DNA of 40,119 bases from assembly GCA_020721385.1 (NCBI GenBank), contig DYMW01000001.1:1-40119 (forward strand). Reading direction: 5' to 3'. Made by a program: the position numbers and the translations under genes. The notes beneath the pieces were generated by a model that worked only from the letters and a program-made list of their open reading frames with translations, had not been told where the DNA came from and did no database searches. The stretch is from Sulfurovum sp. GTDB taxonomy: Bacteria; Campylobacterota; Campylobacteria; Campylobacterales; Sulfurovaceae. This document shows, piece after piece, positions 1 through 8,536 of the stretch (positions are counted from its first letter, which is position 1; each line of letters starts with the position of its first letter).

Positions 1-20
1 AAGTAGTAATCAACAGATTT

Positions 21-359
21 TTAGATGTTTTCTTTTTTTACTCTCATGTTATAAAACTTTAAAATCATCTCTATCTTAGCACGAGGAACATTCAGAGCAT
101 TTTCAATGACCATCAACTCTTTACCCTCTTCATACATTTCAATAATTTTCTCTTTTATCCTCTCTTCTAAAGGTGTTTTATTAATATTCATACGCTCTTC
201 AAGCTCATAGATATACTCTTGCAATGAGGCTACTTTAAGTTCTAACACTTCCAACGAGTCTGCTTTATGTTGAGCCGTACCCTTTTCAAAAACAATATAA
301 ATTAAAATTCCCACCACACCAATAAATGAGAATAGTGTAAATATGTATAACAGTTCCAT
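21..359 (-). CDS. Hypothetical membrane-anchored protein (N-terminal TM, coiled coil, C-terminal HTH-like helices)
   Basis: 112-aa ORF; hydrophobic N-terminus, then LEVLELKVASLQEYIYELEE coiled coil; its start overlaps the mqnP stop (TAATG at 359). Confidence 0.75.
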   Translation of the reverse strand: MELLYIFTLFSFIGVVGILIYIVFEKGTAQHKADSLEVLELKVASLQEYIYELEERMNINKTPLEERIKEKIIEMYEEGKELMVIENALNVPRAKIEMILKFYNMRVKKENI

Positions 360-1216
360 TAAAAAATCTCCAAAATAATCAATAAGAAAAAGAGAATCCC
401 CAAATATCCATTGACTGTAAAAAATGCTTTGTCTATTTTAGTAAAATCTTTGTTGACCAAATAGTGTTCATAGGTTAGCATAATGGCACTTAAAACAACT
501 GCTAAGATCGCATAAAATCCTAAATTGGCACTCTGAACAAAAAATCCCCACAATACAATCGTCATCAAATGAAACACTTTTGCAAGATGCATGGTATTGT
601 TTGCCCCAAATTTTGAAGGAATGGAATGCAACCCATTTTCCTTGTCAAACTCTATATCTTGTAAGGAATACAACAAATCAAACCCTGCCACCCAAAAAAC
701 AACGCCACCTGCCAAATAAAGCGACCATGATGTTATCTCTCCCAATACTGCTACCACACCAGCAATAGGTGCTAAACCTAAAGAGATGCCCAAAATAATA
801 TGTGCCAACGAAGAGAAACGTTTAAAAAAGGTATACGCACCAAGTATCCCCAAAATAGGCACAGCCAGTTTAAATGCCAAATTGTTAATAAAATAAGCCA
901 CCACTACAAAAAGTAACGCATTAATGACAATAAAGGTTATCATTGTAGTATGACTCACTCGACCATCAACGGAGGGTCTATTTTTGGTTCGAGGATTTAA
1001 AGCATCAATATCGCGGTCAAGATATCTGTTCACACCCATCGCAAAATTTCTGGCACTCACCGCTGCTAAAATACCTAAAAAAAATAATTTCCATCCAAAC
1101 CAACCATGCTGGGCAACCAACATAGCAATAAAAATAAAAGGAAAAGAAAAAATAGAGTGCTGAAACATTACCAACTCAGAAAGGTTGGCAAGTTTTGTTT
1201 TAAAACTGTGCATCAT
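359..1216 (-). CDS. mqnP: UbiA-family prenyltransferase, menaquinone (futalosine pathway) MqnP type
   Basis: Motifs NRYLDRDIDALNPRTKNRP and GFDLLYSLQDIEFD; multiple TM helices; proximity to miaA as in other Campylobacterota. Confidence 0.9.
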   Translation of the reverse strand: MMHSFKTKLANLSELVMFQHSIFSFPFIFIAMLVAQHGWFGWKLFFLGILAAVSARNFAMGVNRYLDRDIDALNPRTKNRPSVDGRVSHTTMITFIVINALLFVVVAYFINNLAFKLAVPILGILGAYTFFKRFSSLAHIILGISLGLAPIAGVVAVLGEITSWSLYLAGGVVFWVAGFDLLYSLQDIEFDKENGLHSIPSKFGANNTMHLAKVFHLMTIVLWGFFVQSANLGFYAILAVVLSAIMLTYEHYLVNKDFTKIDKAFFTVNGYLGILFFLLIILEIF

Positions 1217-1219
1217 GGT

Positions 1220-1771
1220 TTAGGGATGAGGAATTTTTAATTGACTGTTGAGTGACCATGCAACGATAGCAACCAACACACCAATAATATAAACATTAGC
1301 AACAATCCCATACGAGAAGAGTAGATAGAGTACCCAAAGTAAAATAGCACCCAAAGGTGTTGGCACACCTGTAAAATATTTGGTGACCTTGCCCTCTTCT
1401 GATTTAATGTTAAATTCAATCAATCGCCGAAGTCCAGCAACAATATAGGCAATAAACAATGCTCCTAAAATTAACTCTTGCGTGTTGTCTCCATTTTGAG
1501 TAAGGGCATAATAGAGTAAAAATGAAGGCATCACCACAAATGAAATAAAATCAGCATAACTGTCAACTTGTATTCCAAATTCAGTAGAAAGATTATACTT
1601 TCTAGCCACTTTTCCATCGGCAATATCCAATGCACCTGCAATCCATGCTAAAATAATGGCTGTAAAAAAATCTCCATGAACAATAAAATGTATGGCAATA
1701 ATACCTGATGCGATATTACCAAAGGTAATTAAATTCGCAAGATTAAAACGGTTGTTTTTATCAAATAACAT
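1220..1771 (-). CDS. CDP-alcohol phosphatidyltransferase (PssA-like phosphatidylserine synthase)
   Basis: Signature DIADGKVAR...GIQVDSYAD, N-terminal ANLITFGN, and FTGVPTP motif typical of type II PssA. Confidence 0.8.
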   Translation of the reverse strand: MLFDKNNRFNLANLITFGNIASGIIAIHFIVHGDFFTAIILAWIAGALDIADGKVARKYNLSTEFGIQVDSYADFISFVVMPSFLLYYALTQNGDNTQELILGALFIAYIVAGLRRLIEFNIKSEEGKVTKYFTGVPTPLGAILLWVLYLLFSYGIVANVYIIGVLVAIVAWSLNSQLKIPHP

Positions 1772-1918
1772 TAAAAATCCTTTCTAAAAAGTTTATTTTA
1801 CCCTATTAGTAATAAGTAGTCGTTGATGGTAAAATGTGAATATTTTAAACATTATGTAATAGTATAAAATATGTAATGTTTAAATATATTAATTAATATA
1901 TTTTTTTATATTAATTAA

Positions 1919-1961
1919 TAATTTATACACCTATAATATGCTATTATAGGTGTATAAATTA
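1919..1961. repeat. Perfect 20-bp inverted repeat with 3-nt spacer in the divergent promoter region
   Basis: TAATTTATACACCTATAATA-tgc-TATTATAGGTGTATAAATTA; each arm carries TATAAT on its own strand. Confidence 0.85.
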
Positions 1962-2023
1962 ATTTGTTAGATTTTTTATTACCCATTTTTTATGGATTTC
2001 ATACTCTTCAAGGACAAATCATA

Positions 2024-2935
2024 ATGAGTGAATTTCGCCAAATGGCACTTATTGGATCAACTGCATCGGGTAAAAGTGCATTAGCCATTGAATTGGCTCA
2101 CAAAAATAATGCACACATACTCTCTTTGGATTCTTTGGCTATCTACAAAGAAATCAACATTGTTTCCGCTAAGCCTTGTATGGAAGAGCGTGAAAATATC
2201 CAACATTTTGGACTTGATGTTATCTTTCCTGATCAACCTTTTGATGTTACGACTTTTATAAAACTCTATCATCAAGCTAAAAAAACATCTATAAAAGATG
2301 GGAAAAACCTCATTATTGTGGGCGGAACCAGTTTTTATCTGAATATTCTACTCAATGGAATCAGTCAACTCCCCACTATTTCAGAACAAAGTAGACTAAA
2401 AAGCCATAAACTTTTATCCAATCTTGAAAAAGCATATCGCTTTCTCTATACGCTTGACCAAGCGTATATGAAATCTATTGCACCTTCAGACCGTTATCGT
2501 ATTGAGAAGATGCTCAATCTCTATTTTGAAACCAACTTAACACCGAGTGAATATTTTAAAAAAAATCCACCAAAACCAACCATTACCCAAAAACTGCCCA
2601 TTTATGAAATTGCTGTCGAAAAAGAGATATTACGTCAACGCATCAATACCCGTACGCTTAAAATGCTTAAATGTGGACTGATTGATGAGATTTTTTATTT
2701 GGAAAAACACTACAGCCGTCAACCCAACTGTATGAAAGCCATTGGGATTAAAGAGGTTCTTTCTTATTTGGATGGAGAGTATACCAAAACAGAAATGCAA
2801 GAACAAATTGTGATTCATACCACCCAACTTGCCAAACGACAACGTACCTTTAATAAATCTCACTTTCAAAATAAAACCATGTTACCATTGTATGAATTGA
2901 GTAAACTTTTGGCAAAAAAAGATGTTTTTATCTAA
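2024..2935 (+). CDS. miaA: tRNA dimethylallyltransferase
   Basis: GSTASGKS P-loop, LDSLAIYK, VGGTSFY, AIGIKE, LAKRQRTF. Start moved from 1964 to the ATG at 2024, which follows an AAGGA RBS at 2010-2014. Confidence 0.95.
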   Translation: MSEFRQMALIGSTASGKSALAIELAHKNNAHILSLDSLAIYKEINIVSAKPCMEERENIQHFGLDVIFPDQPFDVTTFIKLYHQAKKTSIKDGKNLIIVGGTSFYLNILLNGISQLPTISEQSRLKSHKLLSNLEKAYRFLYTLDQAYMKSIAPSDRYRIEKMLNLYFETNLTPSEYFKKNPPKPTITQKLPIYEIAVEKEILRQRINTRTLKMLKCGLIDEIFYLEKHYSRQPNCMKAIGIKEVLSYLDGEYTKTEMQEQIVIHTTQLAKRQRTFNKSHFQNKTMLPLYELSKLLAKKDVFI

Positions 2936-3001
2936 AATTTAACAGAAAATTAATACTTTTACTATATCATAAGTATAAATAATTTATGAGGAAAATACCA
3001 A

Positions 3002-3484
3002 ATGAGAAAAAAATTACTTCTTTTAGTCGCATTCACTATTTTAGGATGTTCAGATCAACCCATGAAACAAGAAATGCCAACACGTTTCCAATCGGTTGCC
3101 ATTGATCAAGCCCAACTTCTTCAAGAAGGTGAAGATAAAATCTCATGTCCTAAATGTGGTATGAATTTACCCATGTTCTACAAAACCAATCATGCAGCTA
3201 CTGTAGATGGAAAAGTGCATCAATTTTGCTCTATTCATTGTTTAGCCACCACAATTAAAGAGGGTAAAAAAGTTGATAATATCCAAGTAGTTGACAATGA
3301 AACCCTAAAATTTATTGATGCCAAAACAGCATGGTATGTTGTGGGAAGTTCTAAAGCTGGAACCATGAGTAAAGTGAGTAAATATGGATTTACCGATAAA
3401 ACAAAAGCCGAGACATTTGCCAAAAAGTTTGGTGGAGAAGTGATGAATTTTGACGCTACCTTAAAATTGGCAGAACAAGAGTAA
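3002..3484 (+). CDS. NosL-family lipoprotein (metal-binding)
   Basis: Lipobox ILGC; CPKCGM and FCSIHC motifs; FIDAKTAWYVVGS...GTM...AETFAKKFGG NosL-type C-terminus. Confidence 0.8.
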   Translation: MRKKLLLLVAFTILGCSDQPMKQEMPTRFQSVAIDQAQLLQEGEDKISCPKCGMNLPMFYKTNHAATVDGKVHQFCSIHCLATTIKEGKKVDNIQVVDNETLKFIDAKTAWYVVGSSKAGTMSKVSKYGFTDKTKAETFAKKFGGEVMNFDATLKLAEQE

Positions 3485-3496
3485 ACAAAAGTATCA

Positions 3497-4177
3497 ATGT
3501 TGTTAAAACTCTTTATCGCACTTGTTTTGCTTATGAACTTCTTGATATCCGAAGAGTTGTCTCCTGCCCAATATACCCAGTTGGTACAAAAAGGAGAAAA
3601 AATAGCCCTTAAACTTTGTGATAAAGAGAAGTTGTCCACCATTCAAACCAAAGAACTCAATGCAACACTTCAACAGATTGATGCAATTGGCCCCTGTATA
3701 GCGTTAAATAAACCCTACAAAAAAGCCTTAGCCTACTTTCTCCTTAGTCAAAATCACAGCCATGTAAGTCATGGAACCCATTCTATAGAGGTTCCACAAA
3801 ACAGCAAATGCCCTGTTTGTGGAATGTTTGTAAGCAAATATCCAAAATGGTCTGCATTAATGGAGATAGACGGGAAAAAACTTTACTTTGATGGGGTGAA
3901 AGACATGATGAAATATTATATTTTTGATGCAGATTTTCCTTATGATAGAGCCAACATAACAACCCTTCATGTAACCGATTTTTATACCCTTCAAGCCATT
4001 AATGCCAAAGAGGCTTTTTATGTGATAAACTCCAATATTTATGGGCCTATGGGAAATGAGTTGATTCCATTTATCACGCAACAATCGGCTCAAAATTTTA
4101 TGAACGACCATCAAGGCAAACGCATTTTAAAGTTCAATGAAATAACCTCAAAAATCATCATGGAGCTTGAAGAGTGA
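3497..4177 (+). CDS. NosL-family periplasmic protein with extra N-terminal domain
   Basis: Signal peptide; His-rich linker HSHVSHGTH; CPVCGM, FDGVKDM, INAKEAFYV, GPMGNELIPF NosL motifs. Confidence 0.85.
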   Translation: MLLKLFIALVLLMNFLISEELSPAQYTQLVQKGEKIALKLCDKEKLSTIQTKELNATLQQIDAIGPCIALNKPYKKALAYFLLSQNHSHVSHGTHSIEVPQNSKCPVCGMFVSKYPKWSALMEIDGKKLYFDGVKDMMKYYIFDADFPYDRANITTLHVTDFYTLQAINAKEAFYVINSNIYGPMGNELIPFITQQSAQNFMNDHQGKRILKFNEITSKIIMELEE

Positions 4178-4425
4178 TAAAAAGCTTTTTATTGCTCTTT
4201 TTCCTTTTGGCTTTAATGATTGTGGGAATATCGCTACATTACACCACCTATCCCTATGCCAAAAATAGAGAAAAACTTCAAAACATTGCTTCACTAACGC
4301 AACAGACAACCCCCTCGCTTAGTGTCACCTATGATGAAAAAAGAGAACTTTTCAACAACACCTCCAACATCATCTATCCTGAAATGCCATCCACCAATAC
4401 CATGGGATTTGTCTATGCTCAATAA
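4174..4425 (+). CDS. Small membrane-anchored hypothetical protein of the NosL/ABC cluster
   Basis: 83-aa ORF with N-terminal hydrophobic segment; GTGA overlap with the upstream stop and overlap with the permease start. Confidence 0.65.
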   Translation: MIKSFLLLFFLLALMIVGISLHYTTYPYAKNREKLQNIASLTQQTTPSLSVTYDEKRELFNNTSNIIYPEMPSTNTMGFVYAQ

Positions 4426-5593
4426 CGCTTTTTTTCACTTCTTAACCCTGCAACTTTTTAAAGAGCGTTCTAAACATATTGGCATTATTATCATCTCTGT
4501 ACTGATACTTTTTTTATTAAGCTCTGTACTTTTTATCTCTTCTTCTCTGCGTCACAGTCTCAACGAAACCCTACAGGTGCAACCCGATTTTGTGATAAGT
4601 AAAGTTCAAGGTGGAGAAAATCGAGCTACTCCTTTAACATGGAGCAATGAATTGCTTAATATTTATGGTATCACCCATGTTAGCCCTAGAGTTTATGGAC
4701 GTTATTTTTTTAAAAGTAAAGCCAAATCATTTTTGATTGTAGGGGTTGATTTTTTGGATGAACAGGCTCATAAAAATCTGCAAAAGCTTATTGAAAATAT
4801 CGATATAAAAACCTTTTTAACACAAAACAGTATGCTCGTAGGAGAAGGGGTTAAAGAATATTTGGCTCACAATTTTTACGATAAAAGCTACAACTTTTTA
4901 ACCCCAAAAGGGGAATTTAAAACCGTTAAAATTTTTCAAACCCTTCCTACCAAAACAAACCTTATTGGCAATGATATGATGATTATGCCGATGGATTTGG
5001 CACGAGAGATTTTAGGCTATGGTGAAGATGAAGTAACCGATATTGGTTTTAATGTTCCCAATCCTGATGAATGGACAATGATAAACGACAAAGTCTCGGC
5101 ATTACATTATGATGTACGTGTGGTCAATAAAAAAGAGGTTCAACAATCTTATGAACATCTCTACAACTATAAAGGGGGCGTATTTTTAATGCTCTTTTTG
5201 ATTCTGCTGAGTACCTTTATGCTCATTTTATACCAACGATACAGCATGGTCCATTCCAATGAACGACGACATATCGGTCTGCTTCGTGCGTTGGGTTGGA
5301 GTATTCATGATGTATTGAAACTTAAATTGTTAGAGACCCTTTCTATTGTTTTTATCTCTTTTATTTTAGGCGTTGTTACTGCCTATATTTACGTTTTTAT
5401 CTTTTCAGCACCTTTACTTAAAGAGCTGTTTTTAGGCGGTCAAAACCTTACTAGCACCATAAAGTTCACTCCTGTTCTTGACTTTTCAGTACTAAGTTCT
5501 ATCTTTTTTATCTATGCGTTACCGTTTATCTCAGCTGTTCTGATTCCTGTCTGGAGAGTAGCCATCACCGACCCCAAAGAAGCCATGTTATGA
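4415..5593 (+). CDS. ABC transporter permease, FtsX/MacB/LolC-E family
   Basis: One N-terminal TM, large periplasmic domain, ERRHIGLLRALGW motif, three C-terminal TMs, DPKEAM ending. Start moved from 4322 to the ATG at 4415 (MLNNAFF). Confidence 0.85.
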   Translation: MLNNAFFHFLTLQLFKERSKHIGIIIISVLILFLLSSVLFISSSLRHSLNETLQVQPDFVISKVQGGENRATPLTWSNELLNIYGITHVSPRVYGRYFFKSKAKSFLIVGVDFLDEQAHKNLQKLIENIDIKTFLTQNSMLVGEGVKEYLAHNFYDKSYNFLTPKGEFKTVKIFQTLPTKTNLIGNDMMIMPMDLAREILGYGEDEVTDIGFNVPNPDEWTMINDKVSALHYDVRVVNKKEVQQSYEHLYNYKGGVFLMLFLILLSTFMLILYQRYSMVHSNERRHIGLLRALGWSIHDVLKLKLLETLSIVFISFILGVVTAYIYVFIFSAPLLKELFLGGQNLTSTIKFTPVLDFSVLSSIFFIYALPFISAVLIPVWRVAITDPKEAML

Positions 5594-5606
5594 TAGGGGC
5601 AATGTT

Positions 5607-6293
5607 ATGATACAAATTGAAAATCTTTATAAAACTTTTCAACATGAGAACACCTCAACAACGGTTCTAAACAACATCAATCTGCATATTCAACAAGGGG
5701 AATGTATCATTTTAAAAGGGGTTAGTGGCAGTGGAAAAACAACCCTACTCTCGATGATGGCAGGGCTTGATAAACCGAGTTCAGGGAAAATTCTTATAGA
5801 GGGCGAACCCATTAGTAAACTACCTGACCTTTTTGCTTCACAACTTCGAGCCAAAAAAATAGGAATGATTTTCCAACACTTTAATCTTTTTGACCATCTC
5901 TCTGTTCGTGAAAATGTGATGATTCCATTAATTCCTTCGGGTTTAAACATAAATGAGATAAACCAAAAAGTAACCCAATCGCTCAATCTTGCCAATATTA
6001 GCCATAAAAAAGAGGCTCTTGCTTCTCATTTATCAGGTGGTGAAAAACAGCGTACCGCCATTGCACGAGCATTGGTTGCCAACCCCAATATTATTCTATG
6101 TGATGAACCTACCGCCAATTTAGACAGAACAAACTCTCTACTCTTTATAGAGATACTCAAAGAACTTCACAATTTAGGAAAAACCATTGTTGTTGCCACG
6201 CATGACCCACTTTTTGATAATGTATCTTTTAGCAATACAATCATTCCCATGCAAGAAGGAACTATAGTGGAGGGAACTGTGGTCAATGAATGA
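5607..6293 (+). CDS. ABC transporter ATP-binding protein, LolD/MacB-like
   Basis: Walker A GVSGSGKT, Q-loop IFQHFNL, signature LSGGEKQR, Walker B ILCDEPT, H-loop ATHD. Confidence 0.92.
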   Translation: MIQIENLYKTFQHENTSTTVLNNINLHIQQGECIILKGVSGSGKTTLLSMMAGLDKPSSGKILIEGEPISKLPDLFASQLRAKKIGMIFQHFNLFDHLSVRENVMIPLIPSGLNINEINQKVTQSLNLANISHKKEALASHLSGGEKQRTAIARALVANPNIILCDEPTANLDRTNSLLFIEILKELHNLGKTIVVATHDPLFDNVSFSNTIIPMQEGTIVEGTVVNE

Positions 6294-7254
6294 AATACTC
6301 TTCTCAAACCCCGTCATTGTTTATCTCTTAAGTGAATTGATACTGTTTGTTTTATTGCTTATAGCCTTTATTATCTCTATTCGCGTATTAATCCACTGGG
6401 ATTTTGAAAGCTTCTCTCCACTTCAATTCAAACTCGAACAACAAGCTTACCTAGTAACCACCATTACCCTTTTTGTCTTTAGTATGAAATTTTTATTACT
6501 CCTCTATTTCGCTTTTACCGTTGATTCTCTTGCCTCGCTTATTGCAGGTGCGATGTGTTCAGCAGGAGTCATTGATGCCAATGAATATGGGTCACCACTT
6601 CTTGCTTTAAAACTTTTAATACTTTTTGGATTAACCCTTTGGATTTGGGTCAATTTTTATGATTTACGCACCAAAAACTATCAATGGTTCAAAGAGAAAT
6701 CATGGATTTTTATGGTTATGTTTATCTTTATCACCATAGAGTTGCTTTTAGATTTTACCTATTTTACACACATTGACACCCATCAGCCTGTTTCGTGCTG
6801 TTCGGCTCTTTTTGGTCAACTTGAAGGAGCAAATCCTTTGCCTTTTGGGCTTAATATCTCTACGCTATTAATACTTTTTTATCTGCTTTTTGCATTGGTA
6901 ATTTTAACACTACTCACCCATCAATCACTACTTTATATTGTTGCAAATATTCTTTTTTTATACATTGCCTATTTTGCTGTGGTTTATTTTTTTGGCACCT
7001 ATATTTATGAACTTCCTACCCATAAATGCCCTTTTTGTATGTTGCAAAAAGAATACCATTATGTTGGGTATCTCTTATGGATTTCACTTTTTTTAGGCTC
7101 GTATATAGGCATAAACTCGGCCATTACTGCTCTTTGGTTAAAAGAGGAGAACCAAGCATCAATTAAAATCGTTATGAGTTTACTTAGCTTCTTTGTGTTA
7201 TTATGCTCAACTTATGTGGCTGTTTACTATTTCAAAAATGGCGTACTGTTATAA
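6286..7254 (+). CDS. Polytopic membrane protein with Cys motifs, function unknown
   Basis: About 8 TM segments with loop motifs GAMCSAG, VSCCSALF and PTHKCPFC; overlaps the ATPase stop. Confidence 0.75.
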   Translation: MNEILFSNPVIVYLLSELILFVLLLIAFIISIRVLIHWDFESFSPLQFKLEQQAYLVTTITLFVFSMKFLLLLYFAFTVDSLASLIAGAMCSAGVIDANEYGSPLLALKLLILFGLTLWIWVNFYDLRTKNYQWFKEKSWIFMVMFIFITIELLLDFTYFTHIDTHQPVSCCSALFGQLEGANPLPFGLNISTLLILFYLLFALVILTLLTHQSLLYIVANILFLYIAYFAVVYFFGTYIYELPTHKCPFCMLQKEYHYVGYLLWISLFLGSYIGINSAITALWLKEENQASIKIVMSLLSFFVLLCSTYVAVYYFKNGVLL

Positions 7255-7267
7255 CGGAGAATAAAGC

Positions 7268-7771
7268 ATGAAAAAAGTGTTACCCCTATTGGTTACGTTG
7301 GTGATGATGACCATTATTGCCATGATCGTTGTCTCAATGGCACAACAAGAACAACCCATTACCATTGCTAAAGGCAATATGGCAATGCAACCACTACCTA
7401 TTAAACTCAACTTTACCAACGATACCCAATGTAAAATGCTCATCAAAAAAGAGGAAAATTCGGCTCAAGCCATTGCACCCGATGGACGAACATGGTTTTT
7501 TGATGACCCAGGATGTTTGGTTTTGTGGTTACAAGGCAAAGCCTTTAAAGAGTCTGCCAAACTTTGGGTACACACCCTTGATACCAACCGATGGATAGAT
7601 GCCAAAACAGCCTACTACGGTATAACCGACCATACCGAAATGCACTACGGATTTGGAGCTAGAGAACATTCAACCGATACCACCATTAACTATGATGAGA
7701 TGCAACTAAGAATGCTTCGTGGCGAGAACCTCACCGACCCCAAAATTAGAAAAAAATTGTTAGGAGAATAG
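7268..7771 (+). CDS. Membrane-anchored divergent NosL-like protein
   Basis: N-terminal TM; DTQCKM (degenerate CxxCGM), FFDDPGCL, WIDAKTAYY, TEMHYGF. Confidence 0.7.
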   Translation: MKKVLPLLVTLVMMTIIAMIVVSMAQQEQPITIAKGNMAMQPLPIKLNFTNDTQCKMLIKKEENSAQAIAPDGRTWFFDDPGCLVLWLQGKAFKESAKLWVHTLDTNRWIDAKTAYYGITDHTEMHYGFGAREHSTDTTINYDEMQLRMLRGENLTDPKIRKKLLGE

Positions 7772-8536
7772 ATGGGTAGCATTGATATTCTCTCAATTAT
7801 TACCATTGCTTTTTTGGGTTCATTTGGACATTGCTTGGGAATGTGTGGGGGAATTGTTATCGCCTACAGCAGTACCAAAATAGATGACAAATATTCCAAA
7901 CTCATGCAAAGTTTTGCACATCTTATCTACTCTTTTGGACGTATCACAACATACATCATGTTGGGAGCGATTTTTGGAGCGATTGGTGGCGTTGCCCAAT
8001 TCAATGGCTACACCATGGCTACCATGACCATTGTTGCAGGGATTTTTATGATTTTAGCAGGTTTGTCACTGCTTGGAAAACTCAAATTTCTCACCAAACT
8101 TGAACACTCTTTTTCTAAAGCCAAATGGTACCAAGATATTTTTCGTCACGTTTTACGCTCACGCTCTTTGTACAGTTTTTACATTTTAGGACTCTTAAAC
8201 GGTCTACTTCCATGTGGTTTGGTCTACTTCTTTGCGGTAACCGCTGCAAGTACAGGTAGCCCACTTTGGGGTGCGTTTGTCATGCTTATTTTTGGATTAA
8301 GCACTGTACCCGCCCTCTTTACACTTGGTTACTTTACAGGACTCTTCACCAAAAGCTCTTTTAGACAAATTATGATGAACATGGCTTCTTTGATTGTTAT
8401 CTTATTTGGGGTCTATACACTCTATCGTGGTTATGGTTTTATCATCAATCCCGATAAATCGGTACTCAATTGTTGTGAAGTAGAAGAGATAAAAGAGAGC
8501 AATACAACCTTACCGCCTTTTAAAATTGGGAATTAA
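7772..8536 (+). CDS. DsbD_2 / TauE-SafE-like membrane protein (thiol or metal handling)
   Basis: Hallmark motifs GSFGHCLGMCGG, GRITTY and NGLLPCGLVY; about 6-7 TMs; C-terminal CC. Confidence 0.85.
   Translation: MGSIDILSIITIAFLGSFGHCLGMCGGIVIAYSSTKIDDKYSKLMQSFAHLIYSFGRITTYIMLGAIFGAIGGVAQFNGYTMATMTIVAGIFMILAGLSLLGKLKFLTKLEHSFSKAKWYQDIFRHVLRSRSLYSFYILGLLNGLLPCGLVYFFAVTAASTGSPLWGAFVMLIFGLSTVPALFTLGYFTGLFTKSSFRQIMMNMASLIVILFGVYTLYRGYGFIINPDKSVLNCCEVEEIKESNTTLPPFKIGN

Noticed and set aside
3002-8536. Calling the NosL cluster a nitrous oxide reductase operon
   Set aside because: No nosZ or nosD is present, and the ABC components are FtsX/LolD-type rather than NosFY.
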